Assembly (NCBI GenBank): GCA_902522465.1
Contig: CABYVV010000001.1
Location: forward strand, 90,060-154,059
Reading direction: 5' to 3'
Length of the DNA stretch: 64,000 bases
DNA from: an uncultured Alphaproteobacteria bacterium
Lineage (GTDB): Bacteria; Pseudomonadota; Alphaproteobacteria; Methylaequorales; Methylaequoraceae
Shown: piece after piece, positions 18,833 through 29,223 of the stretch
How positions within the stretch are numbered: position 1 is the stretch's first letter
Layout: every line of letters begins with the position of its first letter
Notes under the pieces: generated by a model
The model's input: the letters and a program-made list of their open reading frames with translations, nothing else
The model's database searches: none
What the model was told of the DNA's origin: nothing
Translations under genes and position numbers: made by a program

Positions 18833-20532
18833 AATAAACCTTTATCTTTCTGTAAATTTTCAAGTTTTTCTATTGAAACTACTTCAGATGAGGGAATAAT
18901 TTCAAGAAGTTTTTTAACAAAACTATTTTTTTTTATTTGACTAATTTGTTCATCTTTTAATCGGTTTTCATATTCTTTGATTGTCATAGAACCTTTTTTT
19001 GTTGACAATGAAATCATATATCTTGCACCTGTAATCTGGTTAATAAGCTTGGTGGCTTGCCAAAGAATTTTTTTTGAATCTTTATCATCTGAAATATTTT
19101 CTAATTCAATTTCCTTTACATTCTCGTTTTCTGACAAACTCACTAATTTAAAAGAATTTTTGAGATGATATGCAATCAACATTTCTGATTGATTTTCAAT
19201 TTTATTAATAAGTAATTTAAATTCTTGTAATTTATTGTAATTTTCCGAACTATCATCTGGATTTGACATATCTAAATCTCTATTGAGAGCCAAATTATTT
19301 TTTGGGGTTGTATCTATTGTTTCGTTTTTAACAAATTTTTTTAATTTATCTTCTGATGAAGCAGCTTTATCCTGACTATTTTTCTGTCTTGCATTTTCAG
19401 TTTCTTTTAAAAGGTCAAAAGGTGTGGGTATCAATGATACATAACATAGCCTCATAATAATCATTTCAAAACATTGTTTTTCGTCAAAGCATTTATTAAT
19501 TTCATTCATATACTTCTGAAGTAATTCCCAAAATCTAATCATAAAATCCATTTCAAAATTTTCGCAAATATTTTTAATCGTTTCATTTACATCAGATTCC
19601 AAATAAGCTGTTTTTAAATCTAACCCTGCTTTAACTCTTATTACGTGATACATATAGTTCATTAAAGTACTACTTAACATCTGTACAGAAATTCCTTTAT
19701 AATATAAGTCACTAAACACTTTAAAAGAGTTTTCAACATCACCAACACACAAAGATTTAAATAACTTTAAAGAAAGTGTGTTGTCTGATAAACCAAGAAC
19801 ATCTCTTATCGTTTGAAGCGTAACAGGATTTCCTCTCGTCAAAACATTGTCAAGAATTGACAAAGCATCTCTGACTGACCCCTGTGAGGCCTCAGAAATT
19901 AAATCGCAACCCTTACTGTCTATAACATAACCCTCATTCTTTGCTACCCTTACCAGAAAATCAGAAATTTTTCCTTCATCAACTCTTTTGAGTTGAAATC
20001 TCTGACAACGTGAGAGAATTGTAAGTGGTATTTTTTCTGTCTCTGTTGTAGCAAAAATAAAGATTACGTCTTCAGGAGGCTCCTCTAATGTCTTTAAAAG
20101 AGCATTAAATGCAGCTTTTGAAAGCATATGAACTTCATCAATGATGAAAATTTTTTTTTTTGCTGATACTGGCTTGTAATTAATATTATCAATGATTTCT
20201 CTTACATCTGCTACTCCAGTTCTACTAGCAGCATCAATCTCAATTACATCTATATTATTATCAGAGTCGATGGAAGAGCAATTATTACATTCTCCGCATG
20301 GTTCAATAATGTCTTTATTTAAGTTGGTACAGTTTACAATTTTCGCTAAAATTCTTGCCAAGGTAGTTTTACCAACACCTCTTGTTCCTGAAAATAAAAA
20401 AGCATGTGCAATTCTATTCAATTTTACTGAACCCTCGATTATTTTGCAAACCTCGTCCTGACCAACGACATCCAAGAGCTTCTTAGGTCTATACTTACGG
20501 GCTAAGACTATATAGTTTTTAATTTCATTCAT
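18829..20532 (-). CDS. dnaX: DNA polymerase III subunit gamma/tau
   Basis: 567-aa ORF with Walker A GTRGVGKTT, the DEVH box IIDEVHMLS, a zinc module CGECNNC and the sensor SRCQRF. Confidence 0.95.
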   Translation of the reverse strand: MNEIKNYIVLARKYRPKKLLDVVGQDEVCKIIEGSVKLNRIAHAFLFSGTRGVGKTTLARILAKIVNCTNLNKDIIEPCGECNNCSSIDSDNNIDVIEIDAASRTGVADVREIIDNINYKPVSAKKKIFIIDEVHMLSKAAFNALLKTLEEPPEDVIFIFATTETEKIPLTILSRCQRFQLKRVDEGKISDFLVRVAKNEGYVIDSKGCDLISEASQGSVRDALSILDNVLTRGNPVTLQTIRDVLGLSDNTLSLKLFKSLCVGDVENSFKVFSDLYYKGISVQMLSSTLMNYMYHVIRVKAGLDLKTAYLESDVNETIKNICENFEMDFMIRFWELLQKYMNEINKCFDEKQCFEMIIMRLCYVSLIPTPFDLLKETENARQKNSQDKAASSEDKLKKFVKNETIDTTPKNNLALNRDLDMSNPDDSSENYNKLQEFKLLINKIENQSEMLIAYHLKNSFKLVSLSENENVKEIELENISDDKDSKKILWQATKLINQITGARYMISLSTKKGSMTIKEYENRLKDEQISQIKKNSFVKKLLEIIPSSEVVSIEKLENLQKDKGLL

Positions 20533-20541
20533 AAATGTAAA

Positions 20542-20631
20542 GGAGTTGAAATTTAACCCAATAGAAAACGTTACGGCTGCCTCTTTTCAGTTCTGACCGG
20601 ATTGGCGAACCTATTGCCTAAATTCAACTCC
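20542..20631 (-). ncRNA. ffs: Signal recognition particle RNA (small bacterial 4.5S type)
   Basis: The minus strand reads GGAGTTGAATTTAGGCAATAGGTTCGCCAATCCGGTCAGAACTGAAAAGAGGCAGCCGTAACGTTTTCTATTGGGTTAAATTTCAACTCC. Its ends pair (GGAGTTGAA.../...TTCAACTCC). The apex GGTCAG-AACT-GAAA-AGAGGCAGCC parallels E. coli domain IV GGUCAG-GUCC-GGAA-GGAAGCAGCC. The position upstream of dnaX is conserved. Confidence 0.85.
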
Positions 20632-20673
20632 CATCTTAATTTATCATTTTACATTTGAATTTTAAATATAATA

Positions 20674-21507
20674 TTATTTTCTAAATGAAGATGCGTGATA
20701 GTATCCAAGAATCTTCACCTTAGTTGAAAATTTTTTTAAAATATTTAATGCATTTTTAAAACTTTTTGAATCTGGATGAGATTCCACATCAATGATAAAT
20801 GAAAACTGTTTAAAATCTTTATTTACAAAAAAACTCTCAAGTCTTGTTAAATTTATACTATTTTCAGCAAAGCCTCCTAAAGCGTTGTACAAAGAAGCTG
20901 GAGAATTCTTAGTATTAAAAACAATGGATGTAATTATTCTCTGTCCCTGATCTATCTTTATGTTTGTTTTAGAGAACACAAGAAATCTTGTTACATTCTC
21001 TTTACTATCTTCGAAATTTTTCTTCAAAATTTTAAGATTATAAATCTTTGAAGCTAACTTTGATGCAATAGCAGAAATTTTTTTATCTTTATTTTCTTTT
21101 ACGTATTTTGCTGCTCCAGCTGTATCCATATGATTTATAGGAATCAATTTAAGTTTTTTAATATTTTTTTTACATTGTGAAAGAGCATGAGTGTGACTAA
21201 AAACCTGCTTTATATTTTTTAGAGTAGTTCCTGGTTTAGCCATTAAATGATGTTCTATTTTATAGTAATGCTCTGCTATTATTTTTAATTTAAGGTTCTC
21301 TAAAAGAAAATGCATGTCTGCAACTCTTCCAGCTATGTTGTTTTCAACAGGAATTATTGCAAATTTAGCATTGCCAATATCAACTGCCTCTAGAGCTTCT
21401 TGAAACGTCTCACACGGAAGAGTTCTGTAATCCCTAAAAAGTTCTCTGCAAACCAGGTCTGAATAGGCTCCTTCTAAACCTTGAAATGAAACTATTTTTT
21501 TTGGCAT
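20674..21507 (-). CDS. pheA: Prephenate dehydratase (monofunctional, with an ACT domain)
   Basis: 277-aa ORF with motifs NVTRFLVF (TRF) and INLTRLESF (ESRP-like). Confidence 0.88.
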   Translation of the reverse strand: MPKKIVSFQGLEGAYSDLVCRELFRDYRTLPCETFQEALEAVDIGNAKFAIIPVENNIAGRVADMHFLLENLKLKIIAEHYYKIEHHLMAKPGTTLKNIKQVFSHTHALSQCKKNIKKLKLIPINHMDTAGAAKYVKENKDKKISAIASKLASKIYNLKILKKNFEDSKENVTRFLVFSKTNIKIDQGQRIITSIVFNTKNSPASLYNALGGFAENSINLTRLESFFVNKDFKQFSFIIDVESHPDSKSFKNALNILKKFSTKVKILGYYHASSFRK

Positions 21508-21517
21508 TCTTTTTTAT

Positions 21518-22261
21518 TTAGTTTTTTCTTTTTAATATTAACCTTATTTTTCTTAAATCACTTGGAGTGTCAATGCTAGGTGGGTTATATGAAACTTTAG
21601 TTAATTTTATTTTGTAATTATTATCTAAAGCCCTCATCTGCTCAAGACTCCTATCGATTTCATTTTTTGTTTGTTTAAGCTTTATAAATTCTTCTAGAAC
21701 CTTAGGTCTATAAACATACACTCCAATATGATGATAGAAATTGGAATTTCCGTTAACATTTCTGGAAAAATTAAGTGCTACACCGGTGTCTTTTTTATCC
21801 AAATTTACCTGAGCTTTGACAACATTTGTGTCATTAATTTCACATTTATCTAATTTACAAACTGCTGATCCAATATCAACTGTTTTATCCTCAAATAAAC
21901 ATATCATTTTTTCAAATAATTCTTTTTTAAATATTGGAAGATCACCCTGTAGATTTATTATTAAATCATAACTTGTATCAATCAATTTGTAGACTTCATA
22001 AACTCTATCTGTCCCACTTTTATGATCTTTATTTGTTAATAAGCATTCAATTTTATTTTTTTTACAAATTTTTAAAATTTCAAAACTATCCGTTCCAACA
22101 ACAACAGGTCCAATATCAAGTTTCTCAGCATTTTTTGCAACTTTAATAATCATTGGAATACCATCAATTTTTTTTAGTAATTTTTTTCTCAATCTAACGG
22201 ATTCCAATCTTGCGGGAATTATTATTACGATGCTTGGTATTTTTTTATTTTTGTTGATCAC
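21518..22261 (-). CDS. kdsB: 3-deoxy-manno-octulosonate cytidylyltransferase
   Basis: 247-aa ORF with the N-terminal IIIPARLESVRLRKK motif and the central NLQGDLP. Confidence 0.9.
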   Translation of the reverse strand: MINKNKKIPSIVIIIPARLESVRLRKKLLKKIDGIPMIIKVAKNAEKLDIGPVVVGTDSFEILKICKKNKIECLLTNKDHKSGTDRVYEVYKLIDTSYDLIINLQGDLPIFKKELFEKMICLFEDKTVDIGSAVCKLDKCEINDTNVVKAQVNLDKKDTGVALNFSRNVNGNSNFYHHIGVYVYRPKVLEEFIKLKQTKNEIDRSLEQMRALDNNYKIKLTKVSYNPPSIDTPSDLRKIRLILKRKN

Positions 22262-22307
22262 AGTTTTTGTTTATTTATATATAGTATCGTAAAGACAAAA
22301 AATTATA

Positions 22308-22808
22308 ATGAATAAATATTTTTTATCTATAATGTCCATTCTTATCTTGTTTCAATCATTTAGAGTGTTGGATGAAATATTATATCACCACGACGATGTT
22401 GAGGTAAGAGGATATAAAATAATCGATAAAGAAAACACAAGGAATAATGAGACAAAGGAAGAGGTGAAAATCGAATTAGATATAGAAAATCTTTTTACAA
22501 ATGCAGATTTAAAAAAAGGGAGAAAATTGTCTAAACAATGTGCTTCATGTCACGACTTTAGTAAAAATCTTTCAATAAAAATTGGTCCGCCCCTGTGGGG
22601 TATTGTTGACAGAAAGACAGCAATTATTGCTGATTATAAATACTCAAAATCGTTGTCGAAAGTAAAAAGAAATTGGACAAAATTAGAATTATTTAATTTT
22701 CTTGAAGAACCAAAAGAATATCTAAAAGGTACCAGTATGATGTATAAAGGTCTTAAAAAAATTGACGATAGAATAGACTTAATTTCATATTTAGAGTCAT
22801 TAAGATAG
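22308..22808 (+). CDS. Membrane-anchored class I c-type cytochrome
   Basis: 166-aa ORF with an N-terminal hydrophobic anchor, the heme motif CASCH and a distal Met region GTSMMYKG. Confidence 0.8.
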   Translation: MNKYFLSIMSILILFQSFRVLDEILYHHDDVEVRGYKIIDKENTRNNETKEEVKIELDIENLFTNADLKKGRKLSKQCASCHDFSKNLSIKIGPPLWGIVDRKTAIIADYKYSKSLSKVKRNWTKLELFNFLEEPKEYLKGTSMMYKGLKKIDDRIDLISYLESLR

Positions 22809-23585
22809 ATGTCAAATATAAAAAATCAGTTAGAACAATTTGCAAATTCATTTGCTGATCAAAGCAGAATTATTCTAAAAAAAAAATTCCTTAAAACTTT
22901 TAAAGTCGAAGAAAAAAATGATGGATCATTTGTCACAAACATTGATAAGGAAATTGAGATAAAATTTAGAAAAATTCTTAAAAGATCCTTCCCAAATCAT
23001 GGTGTTGTAGGTGAGGAGTTTGGTTTTGAGAATGAAAAAAATGAATATGTATGGGTTATAGACCCATTGGATGGAACACATAACTTCATAGCAGGAAAAC
23101 CATTGTTCGGAACGCTTATATGTTGTATGAAAAACGGAATTCCTATTTTTGGTCTTATTGATATTCCTATTTTAGAAGATAGATGGTGGGGAGGAACTAA
23201 TATGGGAGTCAAATTTAATGGGAAGCGATGCAAAATTTTAAAAAATAGAAAACAATATAGTAATTTAATCGTATCCTCTACTTCTTTGTTAATGTTTAAA
23301 CCAAAGCATGAAAAAAAGGTGAAAACTATATATAGTAAAATTGGTTTTCCTATCTTTGGAAGCGATTGTTATTCATACGGATTGATGCTTTTGGGTAAAA
23401 TTGATTTAATAATTGAAGGTAATATGAAGCCTTGGGACTATCTAGCGCAAGTAGCACTTATAAATGAATTCGGTGGCTTTATAACAGATTGGAAAGGCAA
23501 TCAACTTGGATTGGATTCAGATGGAAAAATCGTTGCATCAATAGAAAAAAATCACCATAAAAGAACAATAAATTATTTAAAATAA
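22809..23585 (+). CDS. Inositol monophosphatase family protein (possibly histidinol-phosphatase HisN)
   Basis: 258-aa ORF with IMPase motifs GEEFG and WVIDPLDGTHNF. Confidence 0.8.
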   Translation: MSNIKNQLEQFANSFADQSRIILKKKFLKTFKVEEKNDGSFVTNIDKEIEIKFRKILKRSFPNHGVVGEEFGFENEKNEYVWVIDPLDGTHNFIAGKPLFGTLICCMKNGIPIFGLIDIPILEDRWWGGTNMGVKFNGKRCKILKNRKQYSNLIVSSTSLLMFKPKHEKKVKTIYSKIGFPIFGSDCYSYGLMLLGKIDLIIEGNMKPWDYLAQVALINEFGGFITDWKGNQLGLDSDGKIVASIEKNHHKRTINYLK

Positions 23586-23597
23586 AAAAGGTCAATC

Positions 23598-25514
23598 TTG
23601 AAAAAAATTTACAAATTAATCTTTATTTTATTTTCCTTAAATTTTGAACCGACCTTAGGTATTGAGTATACACACGGAATAGCAATGCATGGTGATTTAA
23701 AATACCCAAAAAATTTTAAAAAATTTGAATATGCCAACGAAAAGGCCTTTAAGGGAGGTAAAATAAACAGATTTTCTATTGGAACATTTGACAATTTAAA
23801 TCCTTATATATTAAAAGGTGTAGCCGCTTATCAGGCAGCATATCTTTTTGAAACTTTGATGAAATCTTCTTTTGATGAACCATTCAGTCAATATGGTTTA
23901 ATTGCAGAAGGAGTTAAGGTGCCTCCAGATAGGTCTTGGGTTGCATTTAAAATAAGAAAAGAAGCAAAATTTTCTGATGGTACAGAGGTTAAACCGACGG
24001 ATGTTAAGTTTTCTTTTGAAACCATTATGTCAAAAGGGCATCCCACCTACAAAATTTACTGGGGTCAAGTTGATAGAGTTGATGTAATTAGTAAAGATGA
24101 GGTAAAATTTTCTTTTAAAGGCGATTTTAATCCAGAACTTCCACTAATAATTGGATATCAATTACCAATTTTCTCAAAAAATGACTGGGAGGGAAGAGAT
24201 TTTAGTAAAACTACACTTACGCCCCCATTAGGAAGTGGACCCTATGTCATCTCAGATGTTAAAGCAGGAAGAAGTCTTACTCTAACAAAAAATAAAAATT
24301 ATTGGGGAAAAGATCTAAACGTAAATGTTGGTCGCTATAATTTTGAAACAATTCATTATGACTACTATAGGGATGAAACAGTGGCATTGGAGGCATTTAA
24401 ATCTGGAGCTTATGATTTCAAACAAGAAAATTCATCAAAAAATTGGGCAACTGCTTATAAATTTCCAGCTGTTAAAGACGGTAAGGTAAAAGTTGAGGAA
24501 ATTAAATATTACAGGCCCAGTGGAATGCAAGGATTTGCTTTCAACACAAGAAGATCAATATTTCAAAATAGAAATGTCAGAAAAGCTTTAACCTATACGT
24601 TTGATTTTGAATGGTCTAACAGAAACTTGTTTTACAATGCATATACTAGAACAAAAAGTTTTTTTGACAACTCCGAACTTTCGTCCCAAAGTTTACCGAG
24701 TGATGAGGAATTAAAAATTCTTGAAAAATATAGAGGTAAAGTTCCCGATGAGGTGTTTACAAGTGTCTATTCTCCGCCTAGTACAGAAGAAGAAAATGGT
24801 TTGAGGAAAAATTTAAGAATAGCCAGAAGAATTCTCAAACAAGAAGGGTGGATAATAAAGGACGATGTATTAACAAATGAGAAAACAGGTGAAATTTTTG
24901 AATTTGAAATTTTACTTAGATCTCCCCTTTTTGAAAGAATTGTTTTACCAATGAAACGAAATCTAAAAAAATTAGGTATTAATGTATCAATTAGAACGGT
25001 TCAAGACGATTCTCAATACATAAGGAGACTAGAAGATTTTGATTACGATATGATGGTGATAAATTATGGTTCAATAATTTCACCAGGTAATGAACAAAAA
25101 AATTACTGGGGATCTGCTACGGCAGATCAAAAAGCTAGTCCTAATTATATGGGAGTAAAAAACCCTGTAATAGATGAGATAGTTGATAAACTTATAAGTG
25201 CAAAATCAAGAAAAGAGCTTGTCACATATACCAAGGTGTTAGATAGAATACTATTATTCAATTATTATCTAATTCCTCAATTTCATATTGGACATTATAG
25301 GGTAGCTTATTGGGATAAAATTTCTAGACCAAATGTTTCTCCAAAATATGATCTAGGTTTCGACTTTTGGTGGTTTGACCCAGACAAGGCTAAAAATCTT
25401 GGAGAAATTTCTACAACTAAAAGTAAAAAAAAAGAAAAAGATTATTCTATTTTTTATCTCCTATTATTTTTTTTATTATTCATACTTTGGAGAATGAAAA
25501 GAAAAACTAGCTGA
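23598..25514 (+). CDS. yejA: ABC transporter substrate-binding protein, family 5 (YejA-like peptide/microcin C type), with an extra C-terminal TM helix
   Basis: 638-aa ORF with a TTG start and a signal peptide. It has the length and pattern of YejA-type binding proteins and is followed by yejB, yejE and yejF. The final 24 aa are [24 protein letters not shown]. Confidence 0.8.
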   Translation: MKKIYKLIFILFSLNFEPTLGIEYTHGIAMHGDLKYPKNFKKFEYANEKAFKGGKINRFSIGTFDNLNPYILKGVAAYQAAYLFETLMKSSFDEPFSQYGLIAEGVKVPPDRSWVAFKIRKEAKFSDGTEVKPTDVKFSFETIMSKGHPTYKIYWGQVDRVDVISKDEVKFSFKGDFNPELPLIIGYQLPIFSKNDWEGRDFSKTTLTPPLGSGPYVISDVKAGRSLTLTKNKNYWGKDLNVNVGRYNFETIHYDYYRDETVALEAFKSGAYDFKQENSSKNWATAYKFPAVKDGKVKVEEIKYYRPSGMQGFAFNTRRSIFQNRNVRKALTYTFDFEWSNRNLFYNAYTRTKSFFDNSELSSQSLPSDEELKILEKYRGKVPDEVFTSVYSPPSTEEENGLRKNLRIARRILKQEGWIIKDDVLTNEKTGEIFEFEILLRSPLFERIVLPMKRNLKKLGINVSIRTVQDDSQYIRRLEDFDYDMMVINYGSIISPGNEQKNYWGSATADQKASPNYMGVKNPVIDEIVDKLISAKSRKELVTYTKVLDRILLFNYYLIPQFHIGHYRVAYWDKISRPNVSPKYDLGFDFWWFDPDKAKNLGEISTTKSKKKEKDYSIFYLLLFFLLFILWRMKRKTS

Positions 25515-26620
25515 TGTTAAATTATATTATAAAAAGATTAGTACTCATAATACCAACCTTATTTGGTATACTAGCTGTAAATTTTGCTATCATTCAGGTT
25601 GCACCTGGTGGTCCTGTCGAAAAAGCTATTGCTCAAATTAAAGGAACAGAAGTTTCTGTTACAGAACGATTCACCTCATCTGGTGGAGAACAATTATCGA
25701 GCAATCAATCTCAAAAAAATTTTAATGCTCAAGAAAGTAAATATAGGGGCTCTCAAGGAATCGATCCAGATTTGATAAAAGAGCTAGAAAAGCAATATGG
25801 ATTTGATAAACCACCTCTCCAAAGATTTTTTGAAATGCTAAAAAATTATCTAGTTTTTGACTTTGGTGAAAGTTTTTACAAAGACAAAAGTGTCATTTCA
25901 TTAATTTTGGAAAAATTACCTGTCTCAATTTCCCTTGGACTATGGACAACTTTATTCGTATACTTAATTTCAATTCCCTTAGGTATAAAAAAAGCAGTGA
26001 AAGACGGATCAAAGTTCGATGTCTACTCTTCCTCATTGATTATAGTCGGCTATGCAATTCCAGGTTTCTTATTTGCAATTTTTCTTATAGTTGTTTTTGC
26101 TGGAGGAAGTTACTTAGATATTTTTCCTTTGAGAGGATTAATTTCTGATAATTGGGAAGAACTTAACTTTTTAGAAAAGATTATTGATTATTTCTGGCAT
26201 CTAGCTTTACCTGTTCTTGCAATGGTAGTTGGAGGGTTTGCAAGTCTTACCATGTTAACAAAAAACTCATTTCTTGATGAGATTAACAAACAATATGTTC
26301 TGACGGCTAGAGCTAAAGGAGTGAGCGAGCAAAGAGTCCTTTATGGACATGTTTTTAGAAACGCAATGCTAATTGTTATTTCAGGTTTTCCAGCAGCCTT
26401 TATAAATATTTTATTTACATCCTCTCTTCTAATTGAAGTTATCTTTTCGTTAGATGGTCTTGGACTTCTAGGTTTTGAAGCGGCACTTGGGAGAGATTAT
26501 CCTGTTGTATTTGGAAGTTTGTATATTTTTACATTAATTGGTTTACTACTGAGGCTAATCAGCGATTTAACATATGTATTAATCGACCCGAGGATAGATT
26601 TTGAAAGTAGAGGAAATTAG
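25514..26620 (+). CDS. yejB: ABC transporter permease (YejB-like)
   Basis: 368-aa multi-TM ORF with the EAA-type loop [20 protein letters not shown]. Confidence 0.85.
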   Translation: MLNYIIKRLVLIIPTLFGILAVNFAIIQVAPGGPVEKAIAQIKGTEVSVTERFTSSGGEQLSSNQSQKNFNAQESKYRGSQGIDPDLIKELEKQYGFDKPPLQRFFEMLKNYLVFDFGESFYKDKSVISLILEKLPVSISLGLWTTLFVYLISIPLGIKKAVKDGSKFDVYSSSLIIVGYAIPGFLFAIFLIVVFAGGSYLDIFPLRGLISDNWEELNFLEKIIDYFWHLALPVLAMVVGGFASLTMLTKNSFLDEINKQYVLTARAKGVSEQRVLYGHVFRNAMLIVISGFPAAFINILFTSSLLIEVIFSLDGLGLLGFEAALGRDYPVVFGSLYIFTLIGLLLRLISDLTYVLIDPRIDFESRGN

Positions 26621-27642
26621 TGAATGTTTCTCCTTTAACAATTCGAAGATTAAGAAATTTCAGAGCAAATAAAAGAGGTTATTATTCAGCTTTAATCTTT
26701 TCTGTTCTATTTTTAATTTCTATTTTTGCAGAGTTTATTGCTAACGATAAACCTATTTTTGTTGTTTTTGACGGTCAAATCCATTTTCCTGTTCTTGAAA
26801 AAATTCCTGAAACATTTTACGGTGGCGAGTTTGAAACAGAAGCCGATTACAAGGACCCTTATGTCATAGATTTGATAGACAAAAAGGGATTCTCATTAAT
26901 GCCACTGATTGAATACTCATATGATACTATTAATTATGATTTAAAAGTTCCTTCTCCTTCTCCTCCTTCTTTTGAGAATTTATTGGGAACTGATGATCAA
27001 GGCAGAGATGTATTAGCTAGATTAATTTATGGCTTTAGAATTTCTGTTTTTTTTGGGCTAACATTAACAATCCTATCAAGCATTATTGGTATTTTTGCAG
27101 GAGGAATTCAGGGATTTTATGGAGGTAAAATTGATTTATTTGGCCAAAGATTCATTGAAATTTGGTCAGGCCTGCCGGTGTTATATTTACTTATTATCAT
27201 TTCCAGTTTTATTGAACCTAGTTTTTGGATTCTATTATTTATAATGCTTTTATTTAGTTGGATGTCACTTGAGGGAGTAGTACGGGCTGAGTTTTTAAGA
27301 GCAAGAAATTTTGAATATGTAAAGGCAGCTAAAGCACTTGGAGTGAACAATACTAAGCTAATGTTTAAACATGTACTTCCAAATGCTATGGTTGCAACTT
27401 TAACACTTATGCCTTTTATTCTTTCAGGCTCGATAGCAACGCTTACATCTTTGGATTTCTTGGGATTTGGTTTGCCACCAGGATCTCCTTCTTTGGGTGA
27501 AATGGTTGCACAAGGAAAAGCAAATTTACAAGCTCCTTGGCTCGGTCTATCTGCTTTTATAACCTTATCGTTGCAATTAAGCCTCTTAGTCTTTGTTGGT
27601 GAAGCCGTCAGGGATGCATTTGATCCTAGAAAGGTAATTTAA
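26620..27642 (+). CDS. yejE: ABC transporter permease (YejE-like)
   Basis: 340-aa multi-TM ORF with a GTG start and the EAA-type loop AAKALGVNNTKLMFKHVLPNA. Confidence 0.85.
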   Translation: MNVSPLTIRRLRNFRANKRGYYSALIFSVLFLISIFAEFIANDKPIFVVFDGQIHFPVLEKIPETFYGGEFETEADYKDPYVIDLIDKKGFSLMPLIEYSYDTINYDLKVPSPSPPSFENLLGTDDQGRDVLARLIYGFRISVFFGLTLTILSSIIGIFAGGIQGFYGGKIDLFGQRFIEIWSGLPVLYLLIIISSFIEPSFWILLFIMLLFSWMSLEGVVRAEFLRARNFEYVKAAKALGVNNTKLMFKHVLPNAMVATLTLMPFILSGSIATLTSLDFLGFGLPPGSPSLGEMVAQGKANLQAPWLGLSAFITLSLQLSLLVFVGEAVRDAFDPRKVI

Positions 27643-29223
27643 ATGAAAACTTTACTTGATGTAAAAAACTTGAACATTACTTTTAAATTTAACGAGCAAA
27701 CTGTCGAGGCTGTTAGAGGAAGTAGTTTTATAATTAATAAAGGTGAGTGTCTGGCAATTGTAGGGGAAAGTGGATCTGGAAAATCTGTGACTGCATTAAC
27801 AATCATGAGATTAATAAGATCAAATTCACAGCTCAAAATTTCTGGTAAAGCGATTTATGAAAACAAAAACCTTCTAAATTTAGATGAGTCAACTTTACAA
27901 AACATTAGAGGGAAAAAAATTTCAATGATTTTTCAAGAACCTATGACATCTCTCAATCCTCTTCACAATATTGAAAAACAAATCACTGAATGTTTCTCAA
28001 AAAGACAGAGTTCAGATAAATCAAAATGTATAAATTTACTCAAGGAAGTTGGAATAGAAAATCCTGAAATAAGATTATCTCACTATCCTCATCAGCTTTC
28101 TGGAGGGCAAAGACAACGTATAATGATTGCGATGGCAATCGCAAATAATCCTGATCTCTTAATAGCTGACGAACCCACGACTGCACTTGATGTCACAATC
28201 CAAAAACAAATTTTAGATTTATTAGATAGATTAAGAAAAAAATATAAAATGTCCCTTCTTCTTATTACCCACGACTTAGGAATTGTAAAAAAGATTGCAG
28301 ATAGAGTTTGTGTTATGGAAAAAGGCATAATTGTGGAGCAAAATAAAACATCAAAAGTATTCAATCATCCAGTCCATAATTATACAAAAAAACTAATTAA
28401 TGCAGAACCGAGAGAAAAAAAAATAATTAAGAAAAAAAAAGAAACAATTTTATCAGTAAATAATCTCAACGTTTTTTATAAAAATAAAAGTAGCTTTTTC
28501 TTTAAAAATAAAAATCAAGATTTTCAAGCAGTTAAAAATCTTAGTTTTGAAATTGCGAAGGGGGAAACTTTAGGAATTGTTGGTGAAAGCGGATCAGGAA
28601 AGAGTTCTGTTGCTCAGGCATTAATTAAACTTATCTCCTCAGAAGGAGATTTGTTTTTTAAAAAAAAAAATATTTCACAACTTGAGGAAAGAAGCTTTAG
28701 ATCCTATCGAAAAGATATTCAAATTATATTTCAAGATCCTTTCGCCTCGTTAAGCCCAAGACTGACAATTCAAGATATTATTAGCGAAGGTCTTGAGGTT
28801 CACTATAAAGACAAAACAAAAAAAGAGATGATAGACTTAACAAAAGAAATTATGCACGATGTCGGTCTTGATCCATCTATGCTATCACGTTATCCACATG
28901 AGTTTTCCGGTGGACAACGTCAAAGAATTGCCATAGCTCGCGCACTTATTTTAGGTCCAGAGTTAATAATTCTCGATGAACCCACTAGTGCACTGGACAT
29001 GACTGTACAGGCCCAAATAGTTGACTTACTTTTAAAACTTCAAGAAAAAAAAGAATTAACCTATATTTTTATTAGTCATGATTTAAAAATTATTCGAGCT
29101 TTATCAGATAAAATTATGGTGATGAAATCTGGAAACATTGTAGAGTTTGAGGAAAAAAAGAAAATTTTTTCTAAGCCGCAATCTGATTATACAAAAAGTT
29201 TACTGAGTTCTGCATACTTTTAA
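27643..29223 (+). CDS. yejF: ABC transporter ATP-binding protein with two fused ATPase cassettes (YejF-like)
   Basis: 526-aa ORF with two Walker A motifs (GESGSGKS twice), two signature motifs (SGGQRQR twice) and two Walker B motifs (LIADEPT, IILDEPT). Confidence 0.9.
   Translation: MKTLLDVKNLNITFKFNEQTVEAVRGSSFIINKGECLAIVGESGSGKSVTALTIMRLIRSNSQLKISGKAIYENKNLLNLDESTLQNIRGKKISMIFQEPMTSLNPLHNIEKQITECFSKRQSSDKSKCINLLKEVGIENPEIRLSHYPHQLSGGQRQRIMIAMAIANNPDLLIADEPTTALDVTIQKQILDLLDRLRKKYKMSLLLITHDLGIVKKIADRVCVMEKGIIVEQNKTSKVFNHPVHNYTKKLINAEPREKKIIKKKKETILSVNNLNVFYKNKSSFFFKNKNQDFQAVKNLSFEIAKGETLGIVGESGSGKSSVAQALIKLISSEGDLFFKKKNISQLEERSFRSYRKDIQIIFQDPFASLSPRLTIQDIISEGLEVHYKDKTKKEMIDLTKEIMHDVGLDPSMLSRYPHEFSGGQRQRIAIARALILGPELIILDEPTSALDMTVQAQIVDLLLKLQEKKELTYIFISHDLKIIRALSDKIMVMKSGNIVEFEEKKKIFSKPQSDYTKSLLSSAYF

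Noticed and set aside
20151-20161. The A11 tract in dnaX as a programmed frameshift site for the gamma subunit.
   Set aside because: It lies in the N-terminal ATPase domain (residue about 125), far upstream of where the gamma/tau frameshift occurs. A shift here would destroy the protein.
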